Shown here piece by piece: positions 56,867-64,000 of a DNA stretch of 64,000 nucleotides. The translations under genes and the position numbers were made by a program. The DNA is from a virus. Lineage: Duplodnaviria > Caudoviricetes. Positions within the stretch are counted from its first letter, which is position 1. Each line of letters opens with the position of its first letter. The stretch spans positions 1-64,000 of the IMG/VR virus record IMGVR_UViG_3300028591_000013. One strand, given 5' to 3'. The notes below the pieces were generated by a model. It worked only from the letters and a program-made list of their open reading frames with translations. It made no database searches and had not been told where the DNA came from.

Positions 56867-56869
56867 AAT

Positions 56870-57433
56870 TTACTCGTGGACGGTTGTTGTTATTGTTACT
56901 TTCTTACCATCTACAACAGTATCTTTACTGGTAGTAGTAGTCTTATTTACCCTGGTTGGCGGTGCCTCCGTCACCGTCGTTTTCTCTTCTTTGACTAATT
57001 CTACGGATGCAATCGGCTTGTTAGTAGAACTGTCTAGTTTAGTACTCGTATCCTTTGAACTCGGTAAGTTATTATAGTTCAGTATAGTAGGATGCGTGTA
57101 CTCGTTGACTATTTCCTGCACTGTTACACTAGTTGATGTTCTCAATAGTACTGTGGACACTGCACGAATAGCCTCTTCAGACATGGATAAGAAGATAGAA
57201 TCCACGTTGTGTTTGGTAGCCATAGCTATCTGGAAGGCAACTACCTCGTCTGATGAAATCATCTGAGGGTTGATAGCGTTCTCTACAGACGTTTCAATGT
57301 CTGTAGGCTCAATAGGACCTTTGATGTAAGCACCAAGTCCATTCTCTGTGCAAGAGTTTACTCCTGCGAGCACGGCAATCGTGATGACTACCGATGCAAG
57401 GGCCATGAGGCCCCATTCAAGAATTTTGTTCAT
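56870..57433 (-). CDS. Membrane-anchored protein with Thr/Ser-rich tail, 187 aa
   Basis: N-terminal hydrophobic helix followed by NSC. Confidence 0.75.
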   Translation of the reverse strand: MNKILEWGLMALASVVITIAVLAGVNSCTENGLGAYIKGPIEPTDIETSVENAINPQMISSDEVVAFQIAMATKHNVDSIFLSMSEEAIRAVSTVLLRTSTSVTVQEIVNEYTHPTILNYNNLPSSKDTSTKLDSSTNKPIASVELVKEEKTTVTEAPPTRVNKTTTTSKDTVVDGKKVTITTTVHE

Positions 57434-57572
57434 CGTTTGATACGAATTAAATTGTTAATAATTTATGTTAATTAAACCCAAAAAGATTCAATTTAAAATG
57501 TCCTACCAGATGTTTGACATTACATCTCCCAACCTCACGTACGCGAAGTACGCCCCTTAACCTCGGACATAG

Positions 57573-57644
57573 TAGTCTATAGCAGAGTCGAACTGCTCTT
57601 TAGAGAATGAAAATCTCTCGTCCTAACCGATAGACGAATAGACC
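57573..57644 (-). tRNA. tRNA-Glu(UUC)
   Basis: GGTCTATTCGTCTATCGGTTAGGACGAGAGA-TTTTCAT-TCTCT…GTTCGACTC…ATAGACTA. Confidence 0.9.
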
Positions 57645-57906
57645 GTGTGTACTGTTTTCACCGACTTGACGAGGTCAGACGATACTACCGTGAAACGTCG
57701 GATCTTCAGGTACAGTACTAAACCTATGGGTTGTGGGGTGTTTCACAATACCCCACACTGGCAACACTTCTTTGTTTCTCAACAAATAATGCTCGACTGC
57801 ATAGATACAGATGTACGTATGCTATGAGTCTGTGTTCTCTTTCTGGAAAACCAAAACCATTAAGAATGAACAATCGGTTTAACATTATAAAGTAATGCCA
57901 TTATTG

Positions 57907-57979
57907 CTGGGGAAGGCGGGCTCAAACCGCCAACATCTAGATCCAGCGTCTAGCGTTCTATCAATTGAACTATTCCCCA
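57907..57979 (-). tRNA. tRNA-Gln(CUG), non-canonical (G33)
   Basis: TGGGGAA/TTCCCCA-G acceptor; CTAGA-CGCTGGA-TCTAG; GGCGG-TTTGAGC-CCGCC. Confidence 0.7.
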
Positions 57980-58556
57980 TACATGCATTTCAGCATGTTT
58001 CTTTGGCCCCTCTTTTTTAAGTGGTTTGACTGGCCGCCTGAGATTACCACCGGTTGTACACTTCTACCTGTACCCATAGTGTCAGCTTCTTTTTAAGTCT
58101 CCTCTGACCACGACATATTCACTACTTACAACCGAGGTATACTTTCGTTCCGTCTCGTACTGTTGCTAAATGGAGTAGTAGGCCATTCGATTACTTTTGC
58201 AACACATTTCTTCTCTCTTCAGACTTCCACTGTCATTCTTGGTGGTGTTGCGGTTGGTGCTGTGCAACACTAGTATATTGCACACTTTCTAGATTTGCAC
58301 CATGCTTGCAATCTGTCTACACATACAATCAACCTTAAGCTTGTTGTTGCTGCCAGTTACCAAGCAATTTTGTCAAAAGACATTCCCTCTCATCATTCGT
58401 CGCTTCTTTACAGTCGTCTCTCTCAGACTGAGGTACCATGGAGATGCATGGTGTGACTTGCGGGCTTGAGGTTTCCGCTTTAGCTGATTTCTAAATGTCA
58501 TATAAATGAGTCTCCGTGTTTCACAACAGAGAGACTCTAAACATTAGTAAATTCAT

Positions 58557-58751
58557 CTATGGCTTCACAAATATAATATCATTGATTAAGCAATTTGGCT
58601 TATTGCTATTATCGCCATTTTTTGTTTTTACGTCAGGACATAACATTATATTGTCCTCGTACAGACAACCAGTACATCCTGATGTACGCTTACGGGCTCT
58701 TACGATACACCCGTTACAGGACCAGAATTGTCCTGGTTTAATCTTTTTCAT
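58557..58751 (-). CDS. Small Cys-rich protein (TAG stop)
   Basis: MKKIKPGQFW…CTGC…C…C. Confidence 0.65.
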   Translation of the reverse strand: MKKIKPGQFWSCNGCIVRARKRTSGCTGCLYEDNIMLCPDVKTKNGDNSNKPNCLINDIIFVKP

Positions 58752-58841
58752 ATTCTCATTTTTATATAAAACCTCATAATCAGTATAATTACAATGAGAA
58801 GTACACCCAGCCAAAAGCCAGGCGGTAAAGGTTCTGAGTTC

Positions 58842-59054
58842 TTACTGATGCTGCTCATATTTCTTAAAATACTTATTAACACCAATAATTTTCTCACATG
58901 TTGTTACACCATGAGACTTTTTGAACTCCTGTAGTGCTTTGTTATATGCACAATTTTTGATTTCACATACTGTACATGCACACTGATGTGGTTTTGTTGG
59001 GGTGACTATGTATTTCTCGTCACCTATAGTTACAACAGAGTTTATATTAATCAT
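58842..59054 (-). CDS. Small Cys-rich protein
   Basis: CACTVC…C…C. Confidence 0.65.
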   Translation of the reverse strand: MININSVVTIGDEKYIVTPTKPHQCACTVCEIKNCAYNKALQEFKKSHGVTTCEKIIGVNKYFKKYEQHQ

Positions 59055-59211
59055 TGTTCATATTTTTTTGTGACAAACCTTCTTTGTAACCATCATCGTA
59101 TCCGACGTTATAACCTTTTGACCAACCATCACGCCTACCATCCCAATAACCCATTAGGAACATAGCTACTAATAGGCATACTTCAAAAGCTACTTTTAAT
59201 ACTACAATCAT
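59047..59211 (-). CDS. Small membrane protein with GxxxG repeats, 54 aa
   Basis: MIVVLKVAFEVCLLVAMFLMGYWDGRRDGWSKGYNVGYDDGYKEG; overlap-coupled at both ends. Confidence 0.6.
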   Translation of the reverse strand: MIVVLKVAFEVCLLVAMFLMGYWDGRRDGWSKGYNVGYDDGYKEGLSQKNMNND

Positions 59212-59435
59212 CTTATTATTTTAAATATAGTTTTTTGTTTACCTCCCAATTTACCTATTACTTCAGAGATCTTGTTGATGAATACTTCGGCAGCATTTTC
59301 CGTCAAGTTTTCTACAACAATCATACTAGCGCCACCATCTTTAGCAATTACTCTTACACGAGAATTGCCTTTATCATCCACACGCTTCTTTTTAGGAAGC
59401 GGTGGATGTATTTGATTCTGTGTGCAGCATCCCAT
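59208..59435 (-). CDS. Hypothetical protein, 75 aa
   Basis: Coupled ORF. Confidence 0.6.
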   Translation of the reverse strand: MGCCTQNQIHPPLPKKKRVDDKGNSRVRVIAKDGGASMIVVENLTENAAEVFINKISEVIGKLGGKQKTIFKIIR

Positions 59436-59436
59436 A

Positions 59437-59940
59437 TCATTTGTTGTTTTCTATGAAACACTTACACATTTTTATGGCCAACTTCTTGGAGAAGTGACCA
59501 TAAGGGAGTACAATGCTGTTATCACCAAGCTCGATTTCGGATAACAATGCCAGTGCCACGCAGTCTCCGTCTTCGAGTTCTTGAAGGACCTCTTTAACGA
59601 ATTCTACGTCTTTATTTCTCTCCCTCTTTTCGTCTTGAACCTTCTCGTCTTCAATCTCCATCTTATTGATGGCATCGAGGAATGTCTGTGTTGCCATCTC
59701 AAGATCATGAATGTCCTGGTGATCGAATACCATGTTGGTTCTTGATGTCAACAATACTGTTGTGTTATCGCACTCAATAGACCACGTTAAATGGCAATCT
59801 TTTGCCAAAGCAACGATACGGTTACGCAACTTCTTGTCTGCGAATCTTTTAGTTTCGCTGTCTGTCAGTACAGTTACGATTGAACACTTAATGGCTTTTA
59901 CACCATTTTCAACTTCTACCAAACTAAATTTCTGTTCCAT
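59437..59940 (-). CDS. Hypothetical protein, 167 aa
   Basis: Clean ORF; TATCAAA leader. Confidence 0.75.
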   Translation of the reverse strand: MEQKFSLVEVENGVKAIKCSIVTVLTDSETKRFADKKLRNRIVALAKDCHLTWSIECDNTTVLLTSRTNMVFDHQDIHDLEMATQTFLDAINKMEIEDEKVQDEKRERNKDVEFVKEVLQELEDGDCVALALLSEIELGDNSIVLPYGHFSKKLAIKMCKCFIENNK

Positions 59941-59981
59941 AAATTTGATATTTATTTAGTTGTTTTATATTTTCCAGCAAC

Positions 59982-60212
59982 TTAACCTATGCTGGATTTA
60001 GGTTCTAGAGGTTTTGGGTAGCGGCACATTCCCATTTGTTCAGCACAATACCATAATCCCAATATACAAGGATGATGATTTTCTTTTCTACAGGTCTCAC
60101 ATGAGTAACCAAATTCTGATTTAGTTATGCGAAATTGCTTTAACTCCCTTTTGACTCGTAAAGTCACAATTTGTCCAGCTTTCCATTTTGGAACTAAACA
60201 CATCTTTGCCAT
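59982..60212 (-). CDS. Small Cys-rich protein
   Basis: MAKMCLVPKWKAGQIVT…CETC…C…C; start trimmed to avoid overlap. Confidence 0.6.
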   Translation of the reverse strand: MAKMCLVPKWKAGQIVTLRVKRELKQFRITKSEFGYSCETCRKENHHPCILGLWYCAEQMGMCRYPKPLEPKSSIG

Positions 60213-60213
60213 A

Positions 60214-60576
60214 TTAATTTCCTTTTTTCCAGTTAATGTCATATGCAATTGAATCAGCTTTTGTTTCCAATTCAAATGCACCATAGAAATCACCGTCAAC
60301 CAATTGGTCTAGAGATACCCACTCATCGCACTCAACCAAAACATCCTCAACATAATTTGGATTATCCACCCAAATCCGATGCAACAGTGCATTGTATGCA
60401 TAGATTATGTTGTTTTTGTTTTCTAATTGAGTCTCGAGAGCGTTAGAGTTTATTTTCTCTAATTGAGAAAACTTAGCACACTGCCCTATTGCAATTGCAG
60501 TGAGGGCGACCAAGGTAATAGCTAGAGCTATTATAATAGCTTCTAGTCTTTTTGGAATTAAATACTTCTTTTTCAT
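60214..60576 (-). CDS. Membrane-anchored protein, 120 aa
   Basis: N-terminal TM helix. Confidence 0.75.
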   Translation of the reverse strand: MKKKYLIPKRLEAIIIALAITLVALTAIAIGQCAKFSQLEKINSNALETQLENKNNIIYAYNALLHRIWVDNPNYVEDVLVECDEWVSLDQLVDGDFYGAFELETKADSIAYDINWKKGN

Positions 60577-61351
60577 ATGTTTAAGTTTGAATTGATTTCT
60601 GTTAAAAACGGTGAGAGTGCTACCGCTGTAGCATAATCATCATGAGTTCTTTGAATATGAGTAAAATTGCGTACTGATATACTCTCTCACCGCTGTGATT
60701 GTTCCTGAAACAATCTATTCACCTAAAAACAACTAAATGTGGTTTCTACAAAAAGGGAGAGCATATCTGAAAGCCCAGATTATGCCCTCCACACGCGTGC
60801 TCGGTCTTATGTACAACTCAGACCGACTAGTTTGCATGTATCCCATGACTTCCATGCACTCACAGTGTTCCGACTCCTATTTTCAAATAGCGAGTAACTG
60901 TGTGTTTTGTGCATATTCCAATTGTTTTATGCACATCCCACAATATTTGGACTATCTACGTACGATAGTAATTGTGGGTTTTGGTGAACGCACGTGTAAT
61001 TCACCTGTTTCAGCATCCAGATAATGATTTTTCACATTTCTTTTTCGACCATATTGTAGCTGAATACATTTGTGGACGGATTTTCTTGGTCACCGTCTCA
61101 CGATAATCCATCAGAGGCTGTCTCTCCCCACATAGCGTGACTTAAGGAATATGTGGTAAGTGTGATGGATTAAAAATTTGAGCGTTTCAGTTTATCTTAC
61201 GCACAACTTGAACAGTATCTCTTTTCAGGCCTATTTCAAGAGTTCCTTCTGTTCACGCCAGGCCGTTAAACATATTACTGTTTCGTCTCAATTTTCAGGG
61301 ACTCATCAGGAGCTTTGGTGGGCTCGACAGTGTAGCAGTTTAGACACTTGC

Positions 61352-61576
61352 TTAGGTGTAGAAGATGTCTATTATACGATTTAACCTAATAAATATGTCT
61401 TTGTTTGACATTTTATTATTTGCTACTTCGTTTGATAGGCTTATCAATTGTCGTCTTATAGTATTTATTCGTATTTTGTCATCTGTTTTATTATGATGTA
61501 ACGACAACCAATGCATCAATAGCAATGTTGCACATGCTATTATTACCACTAATAAAATTGTTATTTGTGTAGTCAT
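61352..61576 (-). CDS. Small membrane protein, 74 aa
   Basis: N-terminal TM; TATCAAAA leader. Confidence 0.65.
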   Translation of the reverse strand: MTTQITILLVVIIACATLLLMHWLSLHHNKTDDKIRINTIRRQLISLSNEVANNKMSNKDIFIRLNRIIDIFYT

Positions 61577-61609
61577 AATTTTGATAATTAAAAGATTTGT
61601 GCTACTCCT

Positions 61610-61735
61610 TTACACCGAATAGCTCTGTGAATAGTACACTGGAATATTAACAATGTGAGTGTGGCCTGCCCATTTTGTAACTTCCTGAACATATTCTTGT
61701 CCTGCCACATTGATTGTTTGTTTCTTGTATGTCAT
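61610..61735 (-). CDS. Small hypothetical protein, 41 aa
   Basis: MTYKKQTINVAGQEYVQEVTKWAGHTHIVNIPVYYSQSYSV. Confidence 0.45.
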   Translation of the reverse strand: MTYKKQTINVAGQEYVQEVTKWAGHTHIVNIPVYYSQSYSV

Positions 61736-61739
61736 ATTG

Positions 61740-61832
61740 CTATGATATTATAATTGACAAACACCAAATGCAGAACCAACCCACTATCATACCTAATGCA
61801 GTGGGGATAAATGAGAGAATTGATTTCATCAT
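61740..61832 (-). CDS. Small hydrophobic peptide, 30 aa (TAG stop)
   Basis: MMKSILSFIPTALGMIVGWFCIWCLSIIIS; ATGA-coupled. Confidence 0.45.
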   Translation of the reverse strand: MMKSILSFIPTALGMIVGWFCIWCLSIIIS

Positions 61833-62005
61833 ATTTTGAAATTATGATCTTCCATTATTTTCTTGATGAAGCCATTAGCCCTTTCAGAGTCTTCGTCGCA
61901 CGATAGTACGATATCACACATATTCACATACAGCTCTAGTTTCTGTTTGAATTGTTTTACATACTCATGAGGTAGTATATCCTCACCTTTAATACCTTTT
62001 GCCAT
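61829..62005 (-). CDS. Small hypothetical protein, 58 aa
   Basis: MAKGIKGEDILPHEYVKQFKQKLELY…; GAAATCAATT leader. Confidence 0.55.
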   Translation of the reverse strand: MAKGIKGEDILPHEYVKQFKQKLELYVNMCDIVLSCDEDSERANGFIKKIMEDHNFKI

Positions 62006-62121
62006 ATTTTGTTTGTTTAAGAATTGATTTCAAGGAAAAGGCCCGCTTTCGAATTGCGGGAGTGCGGGCCAAGGTGCTTAGGCATCACCACCCAACTCTT
62101 TAACGCGGTTGGGTTTACGTT

Positions 62122-62316
62122 TTAGTAATTACAGTCACCTGATACTTCTAAAGCAAGACCTTCGTCTGTCAGGCATATTTCAGCAGATTTCTTGAAGTCG
62201 TGATTCCAATAATCTGGATACCATACTCCAACAGGAAGATCATCTGGAAGCGTTGCTAAAAAAGCTTTTAATTGTTTTACGCTTTTTACTGTTTTTGTTT
62301 TGATTTCTTTTGCCAT
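62122..62316 (-). CDS. Hypothetical protein, 64 aa
   Basis: SVKQLKAFLATLPDDLPV motif, common in small phage proteins. Confidence 0.7.
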   Translation of the reverse strand: MAKEIKTKTVKSVKQLKAFLATLPDDLPVGVWYPDYWNHDFKKSAEICLTDEGLALEVSGDCNY

Positions 62317-62383
62317 AAATATGTTGTTTAAAAATTGATTTCAATCAAACACAGTATACTGACATCCAGCGATACTGTGTAGT

Positions 62384-62578
62384 TTAGAGTCTTTCGATGC
62401 GTTGATAAGATGCGAGCATCATAGCTTGTCGTGGCGTGACAGCTATTTTTATTAGCCCGCATTTTGCGAACACATTCTTAACTCTACGGCCAGTTGTACC
62501 AGCCTTTTTGTCGTGCAATAAATGCACATGTTCTCCATCACTTGATGCGATGGAATTACGATTGAATCTTGGTCTCAT
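62384..62578 (-). CDS. Hypothetical protein, 64 aa
   Basis: ORF with A-rich leader. Confidence 0.55.
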   Translation of the reverse strand: MRPRFNRNSIASSDGEHVHLLHDKKAGTTGRRVKNVFAKCGLIKIAVTPRQAMMLASYQRIERL

Positions 62579-62818
62579 ATATTATGTTGTTGGTGAATAT
62601 TCAAACAAAAATGTCTGTCTTTCCAGACTGCCAGACTCTTATGCGCTCACATGCTCGTCACACATGTTTGCGGAACAGTTCCTTTAGCCGATTACCCACA
62701 CGCCCTAACTGTCAACGGTGGAACGTAACTTTCGTCACGATTAAAACCTCTGGTTCTCTTTGGCATCGCCTCTCGTCCATAATGACGTTCATTTTGAGAT
62801 CTCGGAGTGCGCACAGCT

Positions 62819-62863
62819 GTTTCAAACGTTTCAAACGTTTCAAACGTTTCAAACGTTTCAAAT
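62819..62863. repeat. Tandem 9-bp repeat GTTTCAAAC, 5 copies
   Basis: Four exact copies plus GTTTCAAAT. Confidence 0.9.
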
Positions 62864-63000
62864 TGTACGGAGTTGCAGACTAACTGCCATGTTTTGGTCG
62901 CCCGTTGTTTTTGGTGAATATTCACTTAAATAATATTCTTGATTGATTTATTGTTTCATTTTGGCTATTTTATGTGTTGTTTTACTCCGAGACAAAAGGT

Positions 63001-63028
63001 AAAAGGGCCGTGCTCTGTGGCACGACCC
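63001..63028 (-). terminator. Rho-independent terminator
   Basis: GGGTCGTGC-CACAGA-GCACGGCCC-TTTT just downstream of the 63040 stop. Confidence 0.65.
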
Positions 63029-63039
63029 CGTGTTGCGGA

Positions 63040-63657
63040 TTAGACTGCTGGTGCTCCTCCTTGTTGTGAAACGCCATTTATTAATGGTGCTTCTGCTCCA
63101 ATTGGCAGTGCTACACCCGTCTGAGAGCCTGAGTCGAACTGTGACGCAGGAGCATACAGGTTGTTCCAGATTCCGCTGGCCTGCTCTTGTGGGCTCCACC
63201 CGCGTGCATAACGCGATTCACCAGTCTCGTTGTCCACGACCTTCTTGGTCAACACCAGAATGGATGTGCGACGATAGAACTGGTTGTTCTTGGGATTCAC
63301 AGCAGGACCTTCGCCAGTGTCGTTGAGGCGAACCATTTCGACGCCACCTGGGCTTGGAACTTCCTCAAACTGAGAGTGAGTCATCACCAGCATTTCAGCA
63401 GGAATTGGCTTGGTAGCATCCTTGAGCTGGCTGGGTAACCAGGAATCGCGGCCGAACTGGTCTTTTCCGCCTGGCTGTGCTGGGAGAATATACTGCTCGA
63501 ACTGTTTGACTACACGCTCATTGAACGTGGTCATCTGTCCTGGCTCTTCCCAGATGTCGTCAGGGTTAACTACTGTAGCCTGAATGAACAGTGCACCTGC
63601 ATTCTGCTTACCTTCCGCAACTTTGCGCAATTTAATGTCTTCAAGATTGTACTTCAT
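63040..63657 (-). CDS. Hypothetical early protein, 205 aa
   Basis: Clean ORF followed by a terminator. Confidence 0.8.
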   Translation of the reverse strand: MKYNLEDIKLRKVAEGKQNAGALFIQATVVNPDDIWEEPGQMTTFNERVVKQFEQYILPAQPGGKDQFGRDSWLPSQLKDATKPIPAEMLVMTHSQFEEVPSPGGVEMVRLNDTGEGPAVNPKNNQFYRRTSILVLTKKVVDNETGESRYARGWSPQEQASGIWNNLYAPASQFDSGSQTGVALPIGAEAPLINGVSQQGGAPAV

Positions 63658-63793
63658 ACTTTAAAACGTTTTAAATGGAACAATGTTATGCAGCTTTCTT
63701 ACTGCAATCGATAGTAAAAGGCTTATTCGATTTCCGCCTTATTTGAAATTCAAACAAAATGGGAACAGGATTTACCTGTCCCCAATCTTGTAG

Positions 63794-63976
63794 TCATAGT
63801 GCGATAAGTTCTTTCTCAACGAATACACTTCCAGAATCCCATGACAGTGGAAGCATAAACTCATTGACGTACTTTTGTGCAATCGTAAGAGGGTCGTATC
63901 CCATATAGTATGTGCCATTCTTTGTTTTTGGACACATTAACACAAGGTTGCGAGTTGCCATTACGCCACCAAACAA
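63794..63976 (-). CDS. Hypothetical protein
   Basis: Short ORF; likely starts at MATRNLV. Confidence 0.5.
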   Translation of the reverse strand: MFGGVMATRNLVLMCPKTKNGTYYMGYDPLTIAQKYVNEFMLPLSWDSGSVFVEKELIAL

Positions 63977-64000
63977 ATCACGCTTGATATTACCTTTACC

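Noticed and set aside
57732-58537. Two hairpins sharing the apex TTGTGAAACAC
   Set aside because: Only two copies; consistent with ordinary terminator or stability hairpins.
62692-62925. 77-aa ORF with FETFETFET (and the + strand FKRFKR ORF)
   Set aside because: Probably a by-product of the 9-bp DNA repeat; GTG start inside a palindrome; no coding support.

Overview
About 64 kb of a crAss-like (Crassvirales) Bacteroidota phage genome, split into two convergent halves. (1) 1-32.9 kb, + strand: late/virion module. The standard-code ORF track is shattered here, but every in-frame interruption I checked is TAG. Reading TAG as sense (Gln, code 15, established for some crAss lineages) restores 9 tightly packed genes: spanin-like, ring, IHF-like, ring, muzzle, two cargo proteins, a 5044-aa virion RNA polymerase polyprotein (DFDID motif, zincin HEAFH, PD-(D/E)xK nuclease) and a 2242-aa protein with an ART-like domain. 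(2) 33-64 kb, - strand: replication/early module in the standard code, with TAG as a real stop. It encodes PolB, DnaB, primase, Sak4-like ATPase, an SSB-like protein, nucleases, an ECF-type sigma factor and many small hypotheticals. The early half is rich in RNA-level signals: 4 tRNAs; 4 non-canonical tRNA-like elements abutting gene starts (one with CUA at its tip); a circularly permuted two-piece tmRNA gene (tag GDMNIVDYTGLKEAA) with two pseudoknots in its spacer; a predicted -1 ribosomal frameshift; three adjacent genes ending in ssrA-like -AA; a 12-nt Shine-Dalgarno; and several long ORF-free, hairpin-dense tracts (up to 2.3 kb) that may be large ncRNAs. All calls come from manual reading; no database searches were run.
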